A stretch of 64,000 bases of DNA from Oopsacas minuta (lineage: Eukaryota; Animalia; Porifera), in NCBI GenBank assembly GCA_024704765.1, contig JAKMXF010000033.1, positions 868,001-932,000 of the forward strand. Reading direction: 5' to 3'. Within the stretch, counting starts at the first letter, position 1. Every line of letters starts with the position of its first letter. The notes below the pieces were generated by a model. It searched no databases. It was not told the origin of the DNA and saw nothing but the letters and a program-made list of their open reading frames with translations. Position numbers and translations under genes: made by a program. Of the stretch, positions 26,271-36,107 are shown piece by piece.

Positions 26271-27324
26271 TAGAGTTCAACAACCAAATATACATGTAGG
26301 AATAATGTATAGCTGTGCTTAAAATGTTTGTGTTGTGTTGTGTTAATTAGTTTGTTAGATATAGACTGGCATTTTGTTAGAATGATTATTTAATAGTCAT
26401 TTGAAGATTATTGTATGCAAAGATATTTGAACTTGGACAATTTTACAATTTGGTGTAAATTTGTTCAACAGAATATGGTCGACGTTTCTGATAAAAAGCA
26501 TCTCTTCACTTCCCGGACTCTGAATAGTAATTTCCCTACTCTTACAATGCAGATTTATTTCAAGTAAAAAGCAAATACGTACAATAGTATGGAACTAAAT
26601 AAAGTTGAAAGCAAACCTTCCTACATACGTGATGTAATAAAATCGCATTCAACAATTTTTGTATGGGAAGAAATACAAAATACACTATGTAGCAAATTGA
26701 TTTATGGTATGTCGACTTCAATCTCCGGGTAAGTAATTGTTAAGTTACATAACACATTTTGTATAATAGGTAATATGTTCAGAGCAAAGTATGAATATTT
26801 TTCAATAGTAAAATATTCCTACTAGGCGCAGCGCTAAGTAGAAATTAATGCATAGTGAAATATAAATGGGTTCATTACAGGATCTGATTTAAATCTGGCC
26901 CTGGTTTATTGTCGAAATATCTTAGAAATTTATCCCATTAATATTTACAATGCAATTTAACTCCTACTTTGCGCATTACAAGTGTATTAAATTATTGTTT
27001 GTATTTTTGTTGTTATACGTAATTCTACTAAATTGTCCTATTTAGTCAGGGTTACTTATTGTGAACCTTCACAGAAAAACATAAATAAGGATTCTTATAA
27101 CATGTATAGTCTATATTCGTATCTATCAAGTTGAACTACTTCAATAAATCAGTGTTGCATCTGTCCATGTAAGGAGATACATAAGTAAATTGTATAGTTT
27201 AACCCATGTAGACAATCTACTTATACAAAGATGAACTATGTAATAATTATATATTTTCTAATTTAGCAATAACAATATCAATAAGGTAAGTACTAATTGT
27301 AAAGCAATGATTGATTTGTTATTA

Positions 27325-27904
27325 CAGTAGAACTCGGATAGACGGACCTGAATATTGAGAATTTTTGTAACCGCTCCTATCCCGTTAATTTGGTTAAGAA
27401 TAGGCTAAACTTGTCTTGTTTGTCATAGTTGTTATATGTGAATGCATTTCAACCCCAGTAAAAGGGCCAAATTTGAGAAATCTGGTAGTATGAAACTGCA
27501 AAAAATATTCGACCTCGCTTCCTTATTCGGGATTATCTCCAAAGAATCTAACCAGGAGAAAGAGAATCGTAATAGCTTTCTTCTGACCCTATCTCCAGCC
27601 CTGTAGCTACTAAACTGACTAAACTGACGCAGTTACGAACGTTTCATCAACAATATTACGAAAATACTTCACTTTACCAAGCTTAAACCAGCTTTGGTGC
27701 TACAGGGTTGCTGGAAGAAATCCCCGACGATTCTCTTTCACCCTGTTATGTTTAAAGGCCCATTTGGATCGGCTTTTTGGAGATAATCCCCGATTAAGAC
27801 GTATTATGTCCTATATCCCAAAATATAGTAATAATACATTGTAATAGTATACCTAGTACTAATTTTTGTTCCCTGAGGGGGTACGTCTTATCCTAGTTCT
27901 ACTG
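27325..27904. mobile_element. Tigger-type non-autonomous element (580 bp)
   Basis: TIRs cagtagaactcggatagacg / cgtcttatcctagttctactg with TA flanks. Confidence 0.7.
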
Positions 27905-28173
27905 TATGTAGAAAGGAATGTTAAAGTATGTTGTGTAACTGTGATAGCATTCCTACTGATTCTTGGATAGTAGAAATTTCATAGAGATTTTGATATACAT
28001 GGTCCGTGTATACAAGAGTAGTAGACATATCACAGTAGTAACAGTGCCTATACTATCATATTTTGGATTGGTAGTTGAATTTGTTGGCATTATTGAGTAT
28101 CTATGCACTAAAAGTTTATGATTACTCTCTTCATGTAAATAAATTATATTCAGCACAGAATAGATTCTAAGAT

Positions 28174-29505
28174 ATGGCAACTAAGCAAACACCACCACCA
28201 CCAATGACCCCCAAACCAAAATATAAACTACTACTATCTCCCGAGATTGGAAGAAATTTGTGTAGAGTCAAAGACTCGGAAGTAAATAGTACCCAAGACA
28301 TGTTGACATGGACCCAGTCATATCATGACTCTAAGATCACAGGAGTAAGTCGAAACGGATCAAATACCCTCAACAGGCCAGGGATTCAAGGATACGGAGA
28401 GGAATATCGAGGTTATAGGAGAGATATTCTAATTGAGGATTTGTCAGACAGAATGAATGTCTTTTTGGTCTGTAACCGTTGTAAGGGGATCATGAGAGAC
28501 GCTTGTATGTCAACTGACGGGGAACAATTTTGTGAGTGTTGTAGAAAACAAGAATCATTATACTCGGAACAGTATGAACAGACTATCCCGAATGCACACG
28601 TGAGGAACACAGTCCTGTCACTTAAGTGCTCGTGTCCCTTGTTCGAACGGGGTTGTAAATGGCTAGGAATACTAGAAAAATGTGAGAACCATCTTGATCT
28701 GTGTAGTCATGTTTATGAGAAATGCAAACTAGGATGTGGTATAGTGTTACAGCGTCATAAACTAAAAAGACATGTCTGTGAAAAACGCAAATTTCGTGAA
28801 ACTCCTTGTCAGACAGATTTCAAAGTTAGTGATATGCCTCAGGAAGAATGTCCAAAAATGGCACTGACATGTGAACTGGGATGTGGCATGCTAATTTGTT
28901 GGGAGGATATGGCACGACACCTAAAGGAGGAATGTGAAGTAGGACTAATTAAGAGGAAAGAACTCAATCAACATTTGGAAGGGAAGAGAACTGAACACAC
29001 AGATTTGAAACTCAGTGCTATGGAAGATAATGTTATGCAAAAGAGTGAACTGATTGTTAAACAGAATGAAATGATTGAACAAATGTCTCAACAATTTATA
29101 TCACTATGTTCCATCACCAACACTTCAAATTTCGAATGGAGAATTGAAAACGTTCAAGGTATTGTATCAGGGGACTTACCACCATGTTCTCAACAATTTC
29201 AAGTTGCTGGTTTCGATTTCAATTTGAATTTTGTAAACAATGCTATGATAAATATTCACTTCCCGAACCAGGAAATTAGAAAACTAGACTGGCCCTTTAA
29301 AGCGAAATTTAATATTCGTTTGATTTGTCATACTGATCTAGATGCGACTTTGCAATATGAAAGTAGAATAATTGAAATAAAACAGAAAGAATGTATTAAA
29401 TTTGGGTACTACAGTGCTGCTGTTATTCAAATCGATGCTGAATATGCAACTGATGAGCATTTTATCAGAGATGGGGGAATTGATTTTGAAATATTTGTAA
29501 TTTAG
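28174..29505 (+). CDS. TRAF-like protein (degenerate RING, TRAF-type zinc fingers, coiled coil, divergent MATH-like C-terminus), copy 1
   Basis: CNRCKGIMRDAC…FCECC, CSCPLFERGCKWLG, CxxGCG/H..C repeats and a C-terminal WRIENV…QVAGFDFNL…DWPFKAKFNIRLI domain. Paralogous to 30278-31843. Confidence 0.82.
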   Translation: MATKQTPPPPMTPKPKYKLLLSPEIGRNLCRVKDSEVNSTQDMLTWTQSYHDSKITGVSRNGSNTLNRPGIQGYGEEYRGYRRDILIEDLSDRMNVFLVCNRCKGIMRDACMSTDGEQFCECCRKQESLYSEQYEQTIPNAHVRNTVLSLKCSCPLFERGCKWLGILEKCENHLDLCSHVYEKCKLGCGIVLQRHKLKRHVCEKRKFRETPCQTDFKVSDMPQEECPKMALTCELGCGMLICWEDMARHLKEECEVGLIKRKELNQHLEGKRTEHTDLKLSAMEDNVMQKSELIVKQNEMIEQMSQQFISLCSITNTSNFEWRIENVQGIVSGDLPPCSQQFQVAGFDFNLNFVNNAMINIHFPNQEIRKLDWPFKAKFNIRLICHTDLDATLQYESRIIEIKQKECIKFGYYSAAVIQIDAEYATDEHFIRDGGIDFEIFVI

Positions 29506-29556
29506 TTGTTAATACTGAATTATTACTACACATATAAATCATTTTTGTAATTGTGA

Positions 29557-30022
29557 TCTATATTATTAAATTCAATAAATTGCTATTTTTGTCTGTCTGA
29601 ATCAGATTTCACACTTCAAACAAATCATATGTAAATTTAATTGTTATTCTTTTGAATAGTAAGCAAATAGTTGAAATGTTAAAATATAGGTAAAGACTTG
29701 CTCTTAACTGCTACAATGATGTAACAAAGTATGCTGAACCCGAATTTCGCATTTTCAATTTTCTTATATGGAACTTTATTGTTGTTTTTATGGATACATG
29801 TAGCATAGCAACACAGTGGAAATCGTGTATCGAGGTACAGACATACTCTTAACGGCTGTATAAGGGTATTCGAGTGGCTGAATCCGAATTTCGCATTTCA
29901 AGTTTCTCATCTGATACATTTTGCTATTTTATATTATACTAATTTTGAGGCACCAAGTGCCGAGTTCCATGCAAACACAAAGTGTTTGCCAGCCACGCAG
30001 CGCGACAAGCGAATCGCACTAG
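29557..30022 (+). mobile_element. Non-autonomous Helitron-like element
   Basis: A|TCtatattattaaa 5' end and a GC-rich hairpin-prone 3' region ending CTAG|T. Inserted between A and T with no TSD. Confidence 0.7.
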
Positions 30023-30277
30023 TATCATATTAAGAGAATAAGATATTTAACCATATCATTATTAAGCCAAAACGAGATTTTATCATCTCTACCTAAAGAG
30101 ACAAGAGATTACATCAACTCAAAATAGAGAAATTACGATGTTGCGTTTCATAAGCCTAGAAATATGTATATGAGTAATTAATTCTTTAAATCTAGAAATT
30201 AATACTTAAGATTACTACAATTTTCAGGTACTATCCTCAATATATAACAAGTACGAGCAATGAATTGATTAAAAGAA

Positions 30278-31843
30278 ATGGCAGCTAAATATGTAGAAAA
30301 CCTTGAACCCGAGATAGCTGAATCTTTGTGCCGAGTCAGAAGAAAAGATGGAAAATTGGGCGGTTTTAGGAAAGACATTTTGGTTGAAAATATATCAGAG
30401 ACAGAGATGGCTGCCTTGCTTTGCAACCGTTGCCAAGGAATCTTAAGAATGGCATGTTTTTCAGATAGCGGCGAGCATTTTTGTAAATGCTGTATGAAAT
30501 TTCTGGAACCAACATATACGAACACAAAATTGAGGAAAATAATTTATTCACTCAAAAGCTCGTGTCCTTTATACAATCGAGGCTGTCATCAGCTAGGAAA
30601 ACTAGGAAAATGTGAGAAGCACATGGCTGTATGTGAATATGTTTATGTGCAATGTGAAGTAGCCTGTGAAATAGTGTTACCACGTCATGAGCTCAAAATA
30701 CATATGAGTGAAATTTGTGTACAACGTGATATTCCGTGCGAGTACTGTGATCAATATTTCAACGTGTATGGTATGATTTACCATTTGAATCAGTGTGACA
30801 AGATGCCACTAACATGCGAACAAAGATGTGGCACAGTGGTGTGTCGCGAGAATATGGCACAACACCTAGAAAATTGTTATCTTGTAGAAGAGGAATGTAA
30901 ATTAGGCTGTGGAATAGTGTCACCACGTGATGAGCTTGAAATTCATACGAATCACGAGTGTATACAACGGGAAATAGGATGTGAGCATTGTGGAAAGAAT
31001 TATAAAGTTTGTGACATGCCTAGCCATAATAAAGAGTGCACAAATATGCCACTGCCATGTAAACAAAAATGTGGCTCAATTGTGCATCGCAAGGATATGA
31101 GAGAAAAGTGTCGTGATATGCCTAACCATCTGGTAAAGTATCAAATCGAACCACTAAGATGTGAACAAGGATGTGGCATATTGGTGTGTCTTGAGGATAT
31201 ATCACGACACCTAGATGAGGAATGTGTAGAGAAGAAGGTAGAGTGTCCGTTCATAAAGTACAAGTGTGAAGTAGGACTAATCAAGAGGAAGGAACTCAAT
31301 GTGCATTTGGAGGAGAAAAGGACTGAACACACAGAATTGAAACTCAGTGCTATGGAAGAGATGGTTATGGAACAGGACGAAATGATCAGAAAAATGTCTA
31401 GCCGTTTTACAACACTTTGTTCTATCACCAAAACCACTGAACTTAAATGGAAAATTGAAAATGTAAGAGATATTCTATCCTGCAACAGTTTTTCAACTTC
31501 AACATCTCCAAAATATGAAGTTGCTGGATTCAAATTCAATTTCAATTTATCAAGTTATGCCTCAATCAATATTCTTTTCCCAAGCCAGGAAACATCCAAA
31601 TCTTCACCTGGTAAGCTAAACTGGCCCTTCAAAGCAAAATTTTTATTTCGTATGATTTGCCATAACGACCCAAATGGCATATTGGAATATAGAAGCAATA
31701 TAATTGAAATAAGGCAGGAAGATTGCAGTAAATATGAGTACATTAGTGATCCTATTGCTCAAATAAATGCTGAACATGCAACTAGTATGTACTATATGAT
31801 AGACGGTGGTATTGATCTAGAAATATTTGTAATTTTACAATAA
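30278..31843 (+). CDS. TRAF-like protein (more zinc fingers), copy 2, 521 aa
   Basis: CNRCQGILRMAC…HFCKCC, repeated CEYC/CEHC–H..C–CEQxCG fingers, VECPFIKYKC and a C-terminal WKIENV…EVAGFKFNF…NWPFKAKF MATH-like domain. Confidence 0.85.
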   Translation: MAAKYVENLEPEIAESLCRVRRKDGKLGGFRKDILVENISETEMAALLCNRCQGILRMACFSDSGEHFCKCCMKFLEPTYTNTKLRKIIYSLKSSCPLYNRGCHQLGKLGKCEKHMAVCEYVYVQCEVACEIVLPRHELKIHMSEICVQRDIPCEYCDQYFNVYGMIYHLNQCDKMPLTCEQRCGTVVCRENMAQHLENCYLVEEECKLGCGIVSPRDELEIHTNHECIQREIGCEHCGKNYKVCDMPSHNKECTNMPLPCKQKCGSIVHRKDMREKCRDMPNHLVKYQIEPLRCEQGCGILVCLEDISRHLDEECVEKKVECPFIKYKCEVGLIKRKELNVHLEEKRTEHTELKLSAMEEMVMEQDEMIRKMSSRFTTLCSITKTTELKWKIENVRDILSCNSFSTSTSPKYEVAGFKFNFNLSSYASINILFPSQETSKSSPGKLNWPFKAKFLFRMICHNDPNGILEYRSNIIEIRQEDCSKYEYISDPIAQINAEHATSMYYMIDGGIDLEIFVILQ

Positions 31844-31940
31844 ACGAATATGTTTACTGGACTATACCATCAAAATATTATTTGTAAATATAAACAATAT
31901 TTTTCTTATTTACTACTATAAAATTAGGCTATATATCTAA

Positions 31941-32396
31941 TCTATATTTTTAAATCTCAATTGTTGTTTGTTTGTTTGTCCGTTGTCAAGGAAGGGATTT
32001 ACGGTATGCAATTTTGAAATTGTAGCACAACTTTGTATTTATCGTGTTTATCAAGGAAGTAAAAGAATTCAATAAAACTTCACTAAAATATATCGAACTT
32101 GCTGAATCCGATTTTCACACTTTTGGATTAATCATATGCAAACTTATTGTTGTTTTTATGAATACAAAGTAAACAAATTAGCAAAATCCCGAAATGTACG
32201 TAGATACTTGCCCTCAACGGCTACAATGGGGGTTGATCTTACAAAGTAATTCAATAATATGTATGCCATATACGTATATTTGTGAATACATTGTTCTAAA
32301 TATATCTATATTATAGGAGCCGTCAATTTGGAGAATAATGGATATATCGAGGCGGAATGCGCCGAGTTCATCGCGAAGCGACGAAACAAAGGCTCG
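31941..32396 (+). mobile_element. Non-autonomous Helitron-like element (CTCG-ending variant)
   Basis: A|TCtatatttttaaatctcaattgttgtttgtttg… start and …gccgagttcatcgcgaagcgacgaaacaaaggCTCG|T end. Very similar to 53947-54513. Confidence 0.65.
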
Positions 32397-32995
32397 TATA
32401 ATATAATAAATGGCAGAAAAGTCGATTGGAGTTTATCCAGAATTATTGATGTACGCAAACAACCACTCGTGCCTGAGATATGAAGGGAATTGTGTCGAGT
32501 TAGAATGTCGGTTGTAAAAGTACCCATGTCTATTCATGCGTAGTAAGGGGAAAGGTTGAACAAAGTCTCAGTCCTCCAAAACAAATCCATGGTGACTTAA
32601 AGATCCCTATTCCGACTCCGAGGGTAAACACTTAATCCGAACCGAATCCCGTAACATTGTCGGGAATCAAAAATGTATTGTAGACAGAGGGGAAATTCTA
32701 GGTTATAAGAGAGATATTTTACTAGAAAATTAGTCACAGAGAGAGAGAGAAAGAAAGAGTGTGTGCATTCTTGCTATGTACCATTGTAAGGGGATCATGA
32801 TAGAAGCTTGAAAATTATGCCTCACTCTATTGAAATTCACTTCCAAATATTATTATCAACCATCAACCTTTGGCATATTATAATAATCAAATATCATTGA
32901 AAAAACAATCATTGGAGGAAGTAGCCATAAATAGCCACTCAAAAATCTCTGCCTACAGGGCATTTATATTTGAAAGTACAAATGGGGATGGGATG

Positions 32996-35900
32996 CACAG
33001 TGTGGCAAAATGGCCATAATGGGGAAATAGGTAAATGAATCTGTATTATCGCCACAATTATACTTACATATACTAAATCGACACTGTAGATTTCAAAAAT
33101 ACCAATGATTATTTAGTAGCACGACTATAAACCTAGTTATGACGTAATTACTGACATTTTCTAATTTTTAACACTTGTGGTTCATTAGTGAGGATATTAT
33201 GAAAGTTGATAATACATGCATGTCATGGTCTCTATTCTGCTATTTGATAACGTACAATTTAAAGACCCTTAATTATGTATGACTATTGGATATACTTATT
33301 ATCATAAATCATCTGATAGTATACTATTATATAATATCTCTTGGAGGCTATTTGCAACGTCTCTTTTCTTCTTTGCGTGCATCAAACGATTCTGTACTAA
33401 GATGGGGTCACTACAACATAACAACCTGACTAAAATATCTCTAACATTATCAGTGAAAGAAGTTTTTCTTGCAAGATTCTCCCGATACCGCCTTACAAAT
33501 TTATTGCAGGATTCTAAACATTCCTCAGAGAGATTCTGTAATCCCTTACCATTATTATAAGCACCTATTAACTGAAACGAATGGGCAAGTAACTTGTGCA
33601 AAGATGGAGTGATGCTTGCCCATGGGTACTCAATTAGAATAAATTCGTACGTTTCTTTGCACAATTCTTGCATTTTGTCACAGTTAATCAAGTCACCACT
33701 GTTGAGGAGTCTTAACAAAACAGATAGATTTGTCTGGATCTTCTCTAATGATATTTTATCTGAAGGATTAATGGAAGAAGTGGCCCACGTCAAAAAGTCT
33801 CTCTTATTTAAAAAGCAGTCTCGCGCAATGTTACCAGTGGTTGAAGTGCCGCCCTGGCTTGAAGGGATATCGACACTGAAATTACATCTTTCCTGGAGTA
33901 TAGCTCGAACCCGTTTCATGGAAAAATTTACTTTCGAGTTTGATGGCGCCCATACCTTGTGTCCTGCATCAAGATGGTACATCAACAGCATGAACCACCT
34001 GAATACACAAAGGTAAGCATGCAAAGGAGATGCAGCTATAATATCGATGTTAGAAGTTGGTTGATGCGTAATACCAACACGTTGATTTGATGGGAGTTTC
34101 AAGTAATCTTCTTCATCAACCTCTTCAAAAAGTTGCCGAGCGTCGCTAATTAGTCTGTTAATAGGGAAACCAGAATGGGCCCATTCTAAACTTTTAATTT
34201 GGCTATCCGTTGCAGTACACAGATGACAAGAAGCCCCACCAGCTCCATCCAGCAATCCTGCCATCTTGGTATCAAAAAGGGAACGGACTATCTCGACCTG
34301 TGCATGGCCTCCAATAAGAGATAACCCATCCTGTATGATATGGTCTGTTTGAGGATTGACTATTGTATTCATGATAAGCTTTACACTAGAATAATCTTCT
34401 TTCAGAGCTATCAGTGCTACTGGCCTAAAGCAGAACGGAGAGTTGGGTGAGCTGTTATAGAACACGTCATTTCCAAGTGTGTCTGTAATTGATATTACTT
34501 TGAATCCGAACAAAATGAAAGTTTTTGTGCTTAATGCAGAATTGTTGCTTTGTTGGTTATAGGTTTGATGACAACCGGAGCCATCCAATCCATCAGATAT
34601 CTTAATTTTGAGTGGGTAGTGTGAATCAGGAACTGGGTCTAATGTTGAAAGCAAGCGTTGAATGGTCAGACTAAGGATGGAATGATAAGAGACGCAAGTC
34701 CCAATTGACAATGCTTCGGGGTCTCTGACTATTCCCATTTCATTTATTAGGCTTATTTCCCTACGATATTGCGAGACAAGTTTATAGGAAGGAAGCTTAA
34801 CATCACCTTTGAGAATTCTTTTCAGATTCGTGTATTTACTCGCCCCAATTTCTAATCTGTCCAATATATAAGCACATTTAGAGATTTGTACTTTGTTCAA
34901 TACACCGCTAAAAGATCCCTTATCAATTATTTCTCTGCACATGTCTGAAGTATCACGGTCATAGGATTTATTTGAGACTAATTCTAAAGCTAGAGCGAGT
35001 AGTTGTTTAGGCTCAATCTTTTCTCTCTCTGCTAAAAAGTCCACATGCTCTAAAAGAACACCAAGTCTCGATCTGGAAGTCTTCATGTGACATTCGAGAA
35101 TATGCTTCCGGGATTCAGTTACAATCTGTTCTGAAAAGTTTCGATTTTCAGAATCAGTGACTAAAGAAAATTCAGGATCAAGCGATATTCTCTTTCTTGG
35201 ATTGGATATTGTTAGATGAGTAGAGTGGAAAATCATATTATCCCATGTTTCAAGATCCTTCCTGCGGTAAGCCTCTCTGGATGTTAGAAGTGATTTAAAT
35301 TTTAAATGAAGAGTAGCAGTTTCTTCTTCGGATAAATGGTTGTTCTCAATAAGTTTCCTAACAGAGACTGTAACACTTCTTCCATTCGAAATATACAAAC
35401 TATATGCCTCATTGTTGGTGATTAGTACAGACATGATCCGCAAAAGGGCTACTTTAACATAGAAACATTATGATATATGATTGTAGAGTATTGGAATAAC
35501 TAATAACCAGCAAAATATAGAATTTTACTGAAAAAATTTAAAACGTATGAAAAATATATTTTTCGGATTTTTGTCCGGTCCGGACAATGAATGACGTGAT
35601 AAATTTTTGGGCAGCTTTTGGCAAGCCTGGAAAGTGATTAAATAGTTGACTAAATATAGTAACATTACTTATATATTAATAACGTTTTGTCAAATTTTGT
35701 CAAACAAGAGATGCTACACTTCAATCAATGAGAAAAAATTCCAAATTATAACTTTGGGAGGGCCAAACTAGACACCCGGAAAAAAGTACAAATGAATATC
35801 TAGACTAACCTATCAATGATTAAATTGTTGTTACAATATAGATTTATTATCAGAAGATGTTTTTCACTCTTATATTTAGTATTTACATCAAATATGATTA

Positions 35901-36107
35901 CATACATTAGGGCATAGGAATTTGAGGTTTGAAAATATATATTTCTATTATTAGAAACACATAACAAAGTTGTGCGTAGTTAGGATTCCTAACTGCTTCT
36001 AATGCTGCCAATGATATTTTCGTACTAATTGAACTATGGAGAATTCGAAAAATGCATTGAAATATGTTTTTTAAAATATGCCTATTTCCCCATATTGCCA
36101 CACTGTG
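32996..36107 (-). mobile_element. Complete RAG1-like / Transib-superfamily DNA transposon (3,112 bp)
   Basis: Direct repeat GGATG at 32991-32995 and 36108-36112. Both termini read CACAGTGTGGCAA inward and share a second box, ATGGGGAAATAGG. It encloses one long transposase ORF. Confidence 0.93.
33302..35434 (-). CDS. RAG1-core-like (Transib) DDE transposase, ~710 aa from the first ATG at 35434 (track start 35443 is TTG)
   Basis: GLDGSG (first D), PNSPFCFRP, SLFDTK (second D), CHLC, SPLHAY, TGNIAR, YPW…LHKLLAH, LSEECLESCNK (catalytic E) and SDP. These correspond in order to RAG1 D600, D708, the zinc ligands and E962. Confidence 0.92.
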   Translation of the reverse strand: MSVLITNNEAYSLYISNGRSVTVSVRKLIENNHLSEEETATLHLKFKSLLTSREAYRRKDLETWDNMIFHSTHLTISNPRKRISLDPEFSLVTDSENRNFSEQIVTESRKHILECHMKTSRSRLGVLLEHVDFLAEREKIEPKQLLALALELVSNKSYDRDTSDMCREIIDKGSFSGVLNKVQISKCAYILDRLEIGASKYTNLKRILKGDVKLPSYKLVSQYRREISLINEMGIVRDPEALSIGTCVSYHSILSLTIQRLLSTLDPVPDSHYPLKIKISDGLDGSGCHQTYNQQSNNSALSTKTFILFGFKVISITDTLGNDVFYNSSPNSPFCFRPVALIALKEDYSSVKLIMNTIVNPQTDHIIQDGLSLIGGHAQVEIVRSLFDTKMAGLLDGAGGASCHLCTATDSQIKSLEWAHSGFPINRLISDARQLFEEVDEEDYLKLPSNQRVGITHQPTSNIDIIAASPLHAYLCVFRWFMLLMYHLDAGHKVWAPSNSKVNFSMKRVRAILQERCNFSVDIPSSQGGTSTTGNIARDCFLNKRDFLTWATSSINPSDKISLEKIQTNLSVLLRLLNSGDLINCDKMQELCKETYEFILIEYPWASITPSLHKLLAHSFQLIGAYNNGKGLQNLSEECLESCNKFVRRYRENLARKTSFTDNVRDILVRLLCCSDPILVQNRLMHAKKKRDVANSLQEILYNSILSDDL

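Noticed and set aside
33279-34016. Plus-strand ORFs (93 and 140 aa) convergent with the RAG1-like gene as a possible RAG2-like partner
   Set aside because: They overlap the transposase CDS as antisense shadows, are too short, and show no kelch or PHD features.
36066-36075. Possible RSS nonamer (TAAAAAACA on the minus strand, ~27 bp from the heptamer)
   Set aside because: It matches ACAAAAACC only loosely, lies in A/T-rich sequence and has no counterpart at the other end. The shared distal box is ATGGGGAAATAGG instead.
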